Shown here piece after piece: positions 1-12,772 of a DNA stretch of 64,000 nt. Under the pieces are notes generated by a model that did no database searches, was not told the origin of the DNA, and saw nothing but the letters and a program-made list of their open reading frames with translations. Made by a program: the position numbers and the translations under genes. The DNA comes from Lingula anatina. Lineage: Eukaryota; Animalia; Brachiopoda. The stretch is taken from contig CM120644.1 in assembly GCA_051362555.1 (NCBI GenBank), positions 1,620,954 through 1,684,953 of the forward strand, in the 5' to 3' direction. Numbering within the stretch: the stretch's first letter is position 1; the number at the start of each line of letters is the position of its first letter.

Positions 1-828
1 TAGTTAACATCTGTTAGTGTCCAATTTTTTTCTTTCCAGGAGCAGCTGACTGCTATTTACCACCAATTGCACAATGTTCTGAGCTCTGTTCAGCAACTGC
101 TACAACAATTAACCCAAAGATCATGCCCTATTTTTTCCAGAAAGAAACACTCAGAACTATCAGTTCAAATATCTTACTTTGAAAATGAAAAGCCAACTCT
201 CAAATTAGCCCATCTGTGTCTATAGCAAAAGAAGTGATCAGGTTACTCAGAAATAAAAATAAATTTTAGCTAGAAGATCCCTTTAACGAAGAGTGATTGC
301 AGAAAAAAGCAAGTGCCAAATGTCAATACCCTCAAGTATAATACTATATATATAATACCATATAGACTACCATTTAGTAACTGCTGTATGACACAACTAT
401 AGAAAAAGACACTGCCCAGTTTAAGTGGAAATATGTCTTAGAAACAGCAACATTTTTGATCTTGAGGTGTGAAAATAAAAAAGGTTGCCAACTCCCAAGA
501 TTAATTCTGAAACATATCATTCTGCAATAATTTTGTCATGATTTACAGGATGTTAAAATAAGACATCCATTAATAAACCACATCAAAGGCTCTCTGCCCC
601 CTCATGTTATACATCTGGTACACACTTCTAAAGTAAACTGTTATGACAGCAGTGATAAAAATATACACTATGTAACACTATATGTGACTCTCATAGTACA
701 TCTTATCTCCATAGGTGATACAATGTTATCAATATATGGAACTCGGTGATTTAGACAAGACTTTTCCAACAGGGGGGTCCAAATATTTTTTTTTTCATGA
801 GACAGGTCATCTGGGTACCATATGCTCT

Positions 829-829
829 A

Positions 830-871
<42 letters not shown>
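829..871. repeat. (AAT)n microsatellite
   Basis: Perfect taa/aat run. Confidence 0.9.
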
Positions 872-873
<2 letters not shown>

Positions 874-1740
874 TAAATGAAAAATAAATGGCAGTCCAAA
901 AGTTGAAATTGAGGAGTCCAAAAGACAACTTGACCATTGATAGGCTCATGCCCTGAAGACATTTTGTTACTTAAATCAATCTTTAGTCAGCATTTTGTAC
1001 CACTTGGCAATATTTTAACTCTGATGGGATATTTAGAAGATGTGACATCACAGTCATTAATTATTGTCTAAATACATTCATATGATAACTGGCAAACAGC
1101 ATGCACTTTGTTACTCTACAGGGTCACTACTTTCACTTCTAATCTTTGCAGGATGTTCCTAGTTCATTAAAATTCTGAACCACAGAAATAGTAAGTTTTT
1201 TTTTTTGGCAGCAAAACTTACAAAAAAAAAAAAAAAAAAAAAAAAGAAAGAAAGAAATCGCACTATAACTATGTAATACCAAACACTTGCCAATTTTTTC
1301 CATACCTCTGTAGGGGAAAAATGGCATTTTTACGTTAAAAAAAAAAAATACTGAACCATGGGATTATGCCAATTATTCAGAAATTCTTTAAAAAGCATAA
1401 ACAGTCCACATATTGTAAAGTCAAGTTTTCATCTCTTATCTTTCACCCTCTCAGAGGAGAAAAAAGGCCTAAAATCTCTAATCCATGAATGATGAAGATG
1501 AATTTTCAGTAAATTCTCAAGACACCATACAGACAGTGTGTACTGAGTGATCTACCATCAAAGTCACAATCTGAACTCTCCAACAGTGAATGATGCCGGC
1601 ATGTCATATACTCCTTGTTAAACTCTGATGAAGATATAATACTATATCACCATGTTATGCCATAAACCACCATCTAAATTTCTTATCTTGGTTGGGGGGG
1701 TTCACTTAAAACCCGTTAAGGTGAATCAAGGAACCTAGCT

Positions 1741-1954
1741 TGTTCAGATATGGACTTAGATCGGTTCGGGGTATAAAATGCAATAATCTACCAAGATCTG
1801 GTGGTCTGAGTTATAATGGAACCTCTCTTTAGACCTCTCTTTGCACATAGATATTCACTGCACCTCCAACAGTTTATTTTTTGGAAATCTGCATGAAATC
1901 TGCCTGTCACAGCACATGTTTAGACCCAAACCGGTTTAGGTACAAGTCTGAACA
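1741..1954. mobile_element. MITE-like element with ~36 bp imperfect terminal inverted repeats
   Basis: tgttcagatatggacttagatcggttcgggtataaa matches the reverse complement of tttagacccaaaccggtttaggtacaagtctgaaca with about 8 mismatches. Confidence 0.5.
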
Positions 1955-2390
1955 CACCTTATTACCTGAAGGAAAGCTCTTTATTCCAATCAAAGGAGAG
2001 GATAAAACTATCTAATGGCTACAAGAGACAGCAGGACAGAGACAGACAAGAACGCCGTAAGATGGAAATAAATGATCTTACAGGTAACAGAGAACAACTG
2101 CTCCTAAATTATTATAATTTACAACAGAACTGCATATATATAAAAAGCTTCCTGATTCATCCCTGAGCCTGTGAACACAATTGCACCAGTCATACCACAT
2201 AAATGGCCCATATTTTCACCAGATAGTGTCAGGAAATAAATAAAAACATAAATAAACATTTTATATATAAATATTTTTTAAGTACAATCAAAGAGCTATA
2301 GGGCTCATTCCGAATGAAAAAAAAAAAAAAGATAAAATGAGGAAAGTTTCTGAAGCACAATTCAGGATATTGACCCCTGGTTCCACTCAC

Positions 2391-2548
2391 CTACTCCTGA
2401 GAGAGCACAGTTCCAGGTCAGAGATGTCGGCCAGGCCGTAATGGGAGGCATTCAGTTCCCAGAGTTCCTCCAAACCTCCCAGCATGCCCCTCTCTGACCC
2501 CAGCAGCTGCTGGAGGAGGAACTTCACCCCTGAGCTGGAGTCTGGAAG
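2391..2548 (-). CDS. Dynein heavy chain exon (post-AAA6)
   Basis: cag|LPDSSSGVKFLLQQLLGSERG...LCSLRS|gtgagt; phase 0 in. Confidence 0.75.
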
Positions 2549-5333
2549 CTGGGGAGACAAAAACAAAATATGAAATGAAGAATAATGAACAAAATAAAAA
2601 TATTAGAGAGGGACAGTCTTATCTTGAGAATGTACCACCAGCTATTTGGAAAATTCTGATCCCTACACTCGAGTATGAAAGCTCAGAGGAAAAAAATCAA
2701 TGACAATACAACATATTTCGTAAATGCCCCCAATCATCTTCACAAAGTAACTCCTTCAAATCAGGACTAGCCCTGCTGTACCTACCATGTTAATCTCCTG
2801 TTCAGTCTTGAGGACATCCCTGACCACAGCCAGGACTATCCCAGTGTCCAGCTGGTCCAGGCAGTGTCCAGTATATACCAGAGAGGTCATCTCCTGCATA
2901 CCACTCAGGTCAGAACATGTGCCCAGTAAGACCCTCCACGCCTCCACTGCCGCGGTGAGGTCAGCCTGGGAGAGACTGTAGCAGCTGCTGAACGCGCTGC
3001 GGTGGTACCCGCGCCGCTGGAGTAAGATGGAGTGCAACAGGACCAAGGCGGGAAGGTATCTTTGCTGGGACTCCACCTGGGTTATAATATACAGATAGAT
3101 ATAATGAACAGTAATATACAGAAAGAAATATTGGACAGGGTGTGTAATAACTACCAGATACACCACTGAAGCAGTGATTGTGAACACTTAAAAGACAGCA
3201 GAAATATAACATAATATAATTTATGAATAATACGATATTACTGCAATCCAATTACATAACAACAAATAAACTTGCTGTTCTTAGATAAAATTCCTCCAAA
3301 ATTTCTGAGTATCAACAACCAATGTCAGCATTACTAATTAATGCAGAATAATGAAATGTTATAAAATCCAATGTGTTATAACAAACCTCTGCCGTCTCCC
3401 CGTCCCACTTCCTGAGGAGCGTGTTGACATGGTGGCGCGTCTGTCCCACAGTACTCTTGAAGTTGTTGGTTCTCTCACAGGACACTTTCAGTCCATGCTG
3501 GATTAACAGACCTGGGAAGTACAGAAAAATTGATAAAATTTTAATTCAAATTAAAAAATATGAATTCAGGAAATTTATACTACATTGCAGTTACAATTAC
3601 AAATACTGCTTCACAACTGATCCATCATTCTATGAGGTTTTTTAATATCAATCTGTGCAATCATTTAGGCTTTCATACTCTGTCATTGAATGCAACATGA
3701 ACAACAAGTATTAGACCATATATCACCAATATGGAAAATTTTACCACAGTTGACCTCTTCTGCTTCAAATAATTTGCATGCTTAATAAAATGGAATATTT
3801 CAAGGAAAAGATTGCACTTCAAAACACACACACTTCCCATACCTGTGGTGCCAGTGGCTTTTTTTCCAAAAGTAAGATGTCAGAGTAAACTTTTTTTTTT
3901 CAGTACAAAGTTTTCCTTATAATGAAATATTTCTATTACCTGGAATAAGTCTCCCTTCTCCCACTTTGGTCACCAGCCAGAGACGGAAGTCAGGGTGGAC
4001 TACATTGCTGCCATCTTGTGTCTCATTGTTATAAATCATTAGTGGTGATTCAGAGTCGGACATCTCATTGAGCTGGGACTTTCTTGACAAGGGTTGGGCT
4101 GTGGCACTGAGGATGCTCTGTTAACAGAATAGTTCATAGAATTGTAGTAGAACAGCAAATAATAAACTTTATTTTTTATTATGAAAATCCCCCTTGGATA
4201 CTGACAATTGGTCTGTACCAATCACATTTACTTAATAAAGCTACCTTTACTTAAAAATTGCAGAAGCCCTCTGCCTTAATAAAGAGTAAATGCCACTTTA
4301 AGCACCCTGGCTACTTAAAACCAAATACAGCTACCTTAATGATGTCCAAGAGTTCTGTTGACCAGGACTCGGCCAGATGGCAGTTCTGGAGGACCAACCA
4401 GTAGCCAGCATGTAGGCACTCCTCCAGCGCATGCTTGATCTCTCTCATTTGTGTGGGTACGCCACACGAGAGCACGAGCACCTTCCCCTCCATGTTCATG
4501 TCTTTGGCCAACTGGTGGATGTGGAATACTGGGTCTACAGAATAGCCTGGGATAAGACAAAGGTTCATAGTTGCTTTACAATGATTTGTAATTTGGTAAG
4601 TGGACACATGGGATATTATGTATAAAATGTATAGAACAATGCAAAAGTGTATTAATTAAATTCTGTTACTTCTTTATTACTTATTAGTCAAAAATGTACA
4701 TTCTGTGACACACACACACACACAGACTTCCTATACCTGTGGTTCCAGTGGCCAGTCTCTCCTCTCTCTCACCACTGGGTAACATGAACACCACTGGCAG
4801 GTTTCTCTTAGCCACAGTATACACTGTCTTGATGTTGAAATGATCTGCTGGGGGAACCACACCTCCTAACTCATACAGGGTCATAGCCTGGGAGATCTCA
4901 TACAGCTGGAAAAGTAATTAATTAATTAATTAATTAAAATAAAGAAAAAAAAAAAAACTGCTATGTATATACTAATCAAAAGATATTCATAGAAGGGTTT
5001 TAAATTACCTAAATATTTAAAAAAATTAATGAAAAATAGGCATACATTATTTCTCTTTTCTTTAAAAATTGTAAACCATAAACATGCTATACTTCCAAAT
5101 TACTGTAAAGAACGACACTTCCCCAATACTAAGAGATAAACAACTCCTCCCTCTTCCGAGTCAAACTGTGACTTGGGACGGGAGGGGGGGGGGGACACTT
5201 CCTATTAAATTGTACTTACTCTGTCAGGACAGCACACTCTCCACAGTAAACACTTCTTGAACACTGAGAGGTTTCCCAGCTCTCCTCCTGGCACTGGGGT
5301 GGTCAGGGACACGGGACACTGGACAGGGGGAGA

Positions 5334-5393
<60 letters not shown>

Positions 5394-8300
5394 TGATAAC
5401 ACCAGCATTTTTATTCATATTATTTATAATATTATATTATATTATATATATCAGAGCATACATATAAAATGCATAATTCAATTTTTATAAACTACAGTTG
5501 AGTTTTGGTGGCGCTTCACTTGTAATACTACTAATAGCTAGTACATTTAGTCAGATGCAGCTTTTGGTAATACTATGAGTTGCTTTTGGTTTTCTTTTTG
5601 AATTTACTGAAAATATGTCCTCTGATTAATTAATTTTGATTAAGACTTGCAGTTTTCTAGGTCAAAAAAGGCCCAAGTGTGCCCTACCTTGAAATACTCC
5701 TGCCACTGTTGGTCATGTTTAGCCAGGGAAGCCCTCAGACCTTTGTAAGCTGGGATGTTAGCCTCTAATACAGCACACTCCATCCATGTCTGATATAAAT
5801 AAATAAATAAATAATACAGCAGAAGATAACAAAAGAGCAATAATAAGATAAATAAGATATAGCTGAAGCAGTATTCAAGGAGATTTGTTTCAAGGAGATT
5901 TGCTCAAAATAAAAGAAAACAACATCCTGCCCTTCTATTTAACATTTCATACAAAATCCAGCAATTCATCATCATTATATAATAAAAAAAGGGGAACAAG
6001 CATAAATTTTCCTAGAAGAATACCTTGTCTGGCAGCCATTTTGGTTTATAGTCCAGCACAATAGTGTCGGCCACATCTGAGCCGTCTATGCCATCTATAA
6101 ACAGTGCCAGCTCCTCGATAGTCAGCTGGCGTGTGGCTCGCATTCTCTCTATAGCCAGCAGGAGGGAGAACAGATTGGTATGTTGTTCAAACATCATGGT
6201 GGAGACATGTTTGTAGATGGCGCTAGTGGTGCAGTCAATCAGCTCTTGGGCTCTTGCCTTGGGTGCTCCTGGGTGTAAATACAGGTGAGTTATTATAATG
6301 TCTTTGTCATTAAGCTTTCTTTAACATTCACAGGGTTTCCACAATCAGCATTTTTACACCTTTTTCTTTTTCACAATTGAATTCATGTGCTGTATAATAT
6401 TTCTGGGCATGCTATAATATAATAGGTATGATAACTTTTACATTGATTTTTCATGCAACACTAAAATCTATTACGGTAAAAAAAGACAATAGGAATTTCT
6501 ATTTCTATGTTTTATAACAAAGAAAAGATAAATTGGTCGACTGCTCTGTTTTGAAAATATTCTTCAAAGACATTTCACCTTGACTCCCTTTGCCTCTATT
6601 TCTAGCATCAATCACATCACAGAAAATCTTCATGAACACCATGAAAGTCACATGATACATGGGACACAGGACACCCATCATTTTGATGATGTCATACAAC
6701 ATGGCAGCATGCGTAGCAACAGGGATGTAGTGCACTCGTTTCTCTTCAAGATTTTCCCTCAGGTACATCCCCTCTTCCAGGACTTCCTGGTTGTCATTGA
6801 CATTCTTCTGACATGTCTGAAGTGTCTCTAACATGGTGTCATCCTCCAGGAGTGGCGTCTCCAGGTTCAGTGTCTTCACTAGCACCGTCTCCTAAAACAT
6901 GATACAGAGAAAAGTGTAATATATGTGGTGTCTCTAACATGGTGTCATCCTCCAGGAGTGGCGTCTCCAGATTCAGTGTCTTCACTAGCACCGTCTCCTA
7001 AAACATGATACAGAGAAAAGTGTAATATATGTGGTGTCTCTAACATGGTGTCATCCTCCAGGAGTGGCGTCTCCAGGTTCAGTGTCTTCACTAGCACCGT
7101 TTCCTGAAACATGATATAGAGAAAAGTGTAATATATGTGGTGTCTCTAACATGGTGTCATCCTCCAGGAGTGGCGTCTCCAGATTCAGTGTCTTCACTAG
7201 CACCGTCTCCTAAAACATGATACAGAGAAAAGTGTAATATATGTGGTGTCTCATTAGGGAATGAGGCTGACCAGTAGCTATTTTAATAATAGCTGTTGAT
7301 TGAAAAAAAAATTTCTATTATGTTCTTACATAACACAACTGATGAAATTCTTCTCTAAGTCCTATGCAGTTCAGCACCCACCTGTTCCACATTCAGCTCA
7401 TGTTTATGATGCAGCATATCTGCCTCAATGGACCTCCTCTGTCCCTCAAACTCTGACTTCTCCACCCTCATCAGGTCAGTCAGCAGGCGGTCCACTACAC
7501 CCTCCTCACTGATGGACATGTTGATGACCGATACTTTCTGTATGGGGAGATCATAGATACCATCACCTGGAACAGAGTGAGAGTGAATCCTTAGATATGT
7601 AGGAAATAATTAGAGCAGAATAACACATAAAAAAGATCTCTTGATTCTTCTTCTTCTTATTTTTTGCACAGTTTTCAGTTTTAACTTCAAAAACCAATAG
7701 TTCAACAACTTTGCATCCAAACCTCAAATTTATTGAAAAAAAATTTTTTTCACACTGATTTTGGATTTCTCCAAATTGTGCCTGAACTACAAACTACATA
7801 TTGCACTGTGATTAAAATAAATACTGTAAGCAAATATAAAGACTGCAAGATAAAAAAATGGCCCATACATGTACCTTTAAAGAAGAGTGGCACAGAAGAG
7901 CTGAGATAGAGACAGAAGTCAGGGTGGTAGTAGAACATCATCTCGCCTATCTTCAGGATCTTGTTCCCGTCTTTGTCCACTGTGAATTGTTTCAGCAGCA
8001 GAGCTCTGAACAGAGGATCCAGAGGGCGCCGCTCTAGGTGGGTCACCAGGACTGTGATCCCTGGAAAGATGAATGATGTAAAACAATTTAAATTATCTTT
8101 GACAATGACTTTGCACTTACCTCCTTGTACAAATATTCCTTGTATAAAAATATTAGATCCAGCCTTTCCCTGTGAAGGAATTTTTGGGAAAAGAACTGCA
8201 ATATGGCACATGATGATCTGAACATGATGATTTGAAAGATTTTGCTTGGACCACAGAATGGCAACATCTCACAAAACCCTGCAGGCTGTTTTGAAAACAG

Positions 8301-11300
8301 TATGCCTTATTTAATTGTTATCTATTTGGTAAATATATTATAATTAACCTAGACATCATTACCATGGACCACAGCATTAATGAGCTTGGTGTCTATCTGG
8401 GGGTCATCCCCAGGGACCACCCACAGGTTGTTCTCAGGTCTGTCCACACTCTCCCCCAGCTCTATATTCAGGTTCTCCTGGCTGTTGGTCACAGAGGTCA
8501 GAGGTCGAAGGTCACTAGTGGAGGTCATTCTGGAGGCCAGGCCACCAGACACACTGAAATATGGCGGGTGAAGGTCAAAGTTGAAGGTCATACATCTCAT
8601 TATTATGATTTATAAGAACAGATGTGTTATGACAATGGAGCAAGCTATGTTATACTGTTCTTTCATGTTCCTTAGGGGAAAAGGATCTAAGAATGGTTTG
8701 CAGGGACAAAAATGTGCAAAATGTTCATGAAAGATAAAATTAGGGTCATAAATGAAAAGAAACAACAAAACTGATAATACTGGACATAAGGTATGGCCGT
8801 CCATGAATATTAAATGAATGTTTTAAAAATTAAAATACTGGCTGCCAATTTTAGACCCAAGAAAACAATCATTATGTATATGTCTACCACATAGATAAAC
8901 AGCTTATTATTTTTGTAAATATTCATTTCATGTATATCTTTATCAAACTGAATATAACACAAATAGTTCACATGCAGAAATAAAATCCACCAATCCACTT
9001 TTGCAAACATCACATGCAATAACCAAACCAACCAACCAATCAGCTCTTAGAATGGAACCCCATGCAAAAGTTGTTTTTGACCAATAAACTTTTATCCCAA
9101 CATGCCATGAGCAGAAAAAAATAAATTGCAAATAAAATACTTAGGCTTTTATTTAACTGCACATTTCACCATTGAGAAGAATATCTTTATACAGTGCTAC
9201 ATCCAGGGCACAAGTGATAGAAATATTTCTTAAAATTTTATCTATGATTTTTTTTTTTTTTTTGGGGGGGGGGAGGGACTTTAACAAGACTTTAGACATG
9301 CAACTAATAACAATGCAATTTTTATAAAATCAAGTAGATTTGAAGCTCTTGAATTAACCATAAAGCCAGGAACATTTTCTGAAATAGTAAAGAACCAAGA
9401 AGAATCCACCCACAGCATTCTTAAAACTCAAGTCAAGATTTCAAGCAGCGTTTTCCATTGCTATATCTCTCACTGCCTGGTAAAGGGGATTACCTCGACT
9501 TTGCTGACAAAAAGCGAACATTAAACGACACCCTAAATGAAAGAGTTAGTAAGTATTTAAATAAGTAACTGATTGTAACAAATTGTAGTTAATAGATGCA
9601 CAAAATACACATCAGTAAAAAAAAAAACTTTAACTGATCATTCTTGATTCATAATTATGTTACTAAAACATACTAAAAAATCCTTATGTCACAATTATAG
9701 TTTTTTCCTTCCACATATATCACATGCTTACAAAAACCACACACATAAAATAAATAAATAATTAAACAAATAAACAAATAAATTATTTTATCTTTCAATA
9801 TAAAAACTGTTAGCATAAATATCCATTAACTGATGTTATACCTTACGAAGGACAATAACTGCTCTCTAATTCAATCCACTGAGATCTCCCCATTCTCCAC
9901 ATACTTCATATACAACCCCTACCTGGTCTGAGCTCTGGAGCCCACATTGCTGTCCGTCTCTGTCCTGGTGTCGTCATTCAGCCTGGACACCTCTGTGTCA
10001 GCGTCATCAGAAGTTGTGACCGCAGTGCCGCGGCTGGGTGGGATGGGACGATCCGAGGTTGTGTAGTCTGTTGTTGTGGACTCTGGAAAATGGGATAAGA
10101 ATATTTATTTGAAGTGACTTGAAATAAAGCATGGAATCATACCAGAATTGCTTTCACAACATTTTGACTGATTGTTTTAATAACAGAAAAACTTTCAATA
10201 ACATATGGAATCTATGGTTTAAAGATGCAAAAACTAAATAAATCATAAATTTAATGAAATATAAAAAGATACAAATAAATAAATAAACTTTTGATAATGC
10301 ATCTCACAATAAATTCTACAAACACTGACAACTTGTATTTTCTTATTTTGGAACTGTCTTATTATTATTTTTTCATCAAATGTGTTGCTTGTGTTTAGCA
10401 ATATTTAATGTTTAACTTGAGGAGCCTTTTAACTACTCACTATCAGATATCTCTGCATCCTCTGGGATCACCACAGCCTGCTCCTTGATACAGTTAGGGC
10501 TGTCCTGCAGCATGCGTACCCACTTCTCCGCCTGTCCATCAGGGTCAACCAGCAGTGGCCAGCAGTGCTTACGATTATGACAACACACGCGCATGATCAA
10601 CGCATTGTGTATGGCGTGCATGTTGATGGGCATGTTCTTCAGTTTCCAGTCTGATAACTCCTCAAATGTGCTTAGGACATCTTCCAGCGTGAAGTTCTTA
10701 CGGACAGAGACCAACCCTTTTGATTTCCCAGCATGCAACACAGGGTCAAAGTCCACCAGATAGTCAGTGTTGTTGGATAGTAGTTTTGACTCCATCACAA
10801 ACACAGAGCCTGTGTCGTACACCACAGCTTCCTTGGGAGGTGAAACTTTTCCCTCAACAGACGGTGGACTGGACAAAATACTGGGCTCTTCTTCAGTGAC
10901 AGTGTGCTTGACATGAAGACGATTCACCTCCTCACGATGACTTACATTTAATGACAGCTCAGAGGCACTTGGGGTCAAGGTTGTTGCTAGGAGATTATCC
11001 AACTTTGCACTCAATGTGTTCCCTTTACGTCTTTTCCCTGCTTTCAATTTGGGGTCAAAATTCCCAATGTGACATCGCCCCAGCCAATTAGTGAGTAGCT
11101 CTGTCCGCGTGGAAGTGTCCAGTGGTCCGTGGTAACAGACGCAGGCCGCAGTGAGGAGGGAGTCCCCTGGCGCTGTCTTCAGTTTATTTTTAGATTGCTT
11201 TAGTTGTTGTTGCCACAGACGGTGCTGCATGCTCATGTTGTCCATCAGAGTGGTGGCTTCATGGATCTTGTTCTCAAACATCTGGAAATGGGCATTATTT

Positions 11301-12741
11301 TGTTAGTTTAGGCCTACAGAGAAATGAAAATGTGTTCTGGCATACCAGTATATCATATGGAACAACATTATGGAAACTGTGCTATAGGATAAAAATATTT
11401 TCCACTGATTCAAAAACAAATGGTATAAATGGTATAAATATATCAGTTTCTACCACGAACAGTTCAATATTAGAATTTGCAAATTTTGTTGCATCGCTTA
11501 CATTGTCTCTTGCATGTTTCTGCCATTGCACATTCCAAACTACTTTTTTCCAAGGTACCCGTGAATGAATCATAAACAGGACATATAAAGCTTAATTATA
11601 TGCCAGTTTTCTAATGGTATTATCATAAAATATCTGCCTATGGTACCTTTATTTCCCTGTCAATAGTTTTGGCCTTCTTCACAGCTTGTTTGTGTGCCTC
11701 TATCCTGGCCTCTAGTTCACTCTTAATTCTGTTGGCTTCTACTCTCTTCTCACCAAGGATGGCCTGAGCCTACATTAAAGTAGAAGAACAGTGTATTAAC
11801 TTGGTCTATATCTGGCAAATCCATTTGGTATAACAATTATAATCATTTGACAATACAGATTCAAAAATACATCATGCCTACAGGAAAAAATCAGACTTAC
11901 CTCATTCAGTTTTTCCTCAGCATCCATCAGCTTCCTAAGCCTGGGTTTCATTGTCCTATAGATGGAGCCATACTCAAAGACAGCATGTATCCACTGGCAG
12001 AGAGAGGCCGCGGCTGTGCTGGACTGGGCTATGTAGGACGGCTGAAACTTGGGGTCTGCCGTGCAAACTTTCAGCTTCTTGAATATGTCTTCTGGGATAT
12101 CATCCTTTTTGTAGAATTCAAGGTCTTTGAAGAAGTTTTCTCCCGAGAGAAGGAGTTTTCCGCTGTCCCAGCTGAATCAGAATAAAAGGTTACAAAGTTA
12201 TATATTTTTTCTTCAATATACTTCCAATAAATAAATAAAATGCTGAAAGTTTTGTGGTAAAATGATTAAAATGTTTTATAAAATATTGCTAAACAAAGAG
12301 CATCTAAATTGCCTTTTAAAAATATTCTGAAAATGAAAATTCCTGCAAAGCCAAACAACCATACAGAAATGAATCATTCCAGAAACAAACAAAAATAGAA
12401 AAAAAAAAAAAAAATTAAAATTAAAGATGACCATTTTGACTACATTGCTATAGTTCCATACTTACTCCTGAGGTTTGTAGAAGAGGCTACAGATGACCTT
12501 GACGACCTCTATCACAGCCTCTGGCGGGGCTCTGTAGCTCTTGATCTCGTCTATGTCGTGAATACTCAGAGACATGAGGGCATTGAGAGCAGCAAAATAT
12601 GTGGGGTTCACCTATGCAAAATGTATGAATTTCCCTATTCAGATAGTTCCAATGTGGATATAAAATGTACGATAATTTGTAACACATAAACGTACACACC
12701 CTAACACAATCACTAACACATTCAAAATCTTTTCAAAAAAA

Positions 12742-12772
<31 letters not shown>

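Noticed and set aside
24-2090. Possible second nested plus-strand exon (acceptor-like ttttttctttccag near 38)
   Set aside because: No ORF or other support is present within the window.
5205-5490. Poly-Ile/poly-Tyr ORFs (also 25252-25541)
   Set aside because: They are translations of (AAT)n microsatellites.
6822-7252. CRISPR array or tandemly duplicated functional exons
   Set aside because: There are no spacers, the copies lack a donor and the 106-bp unit breaks frame.
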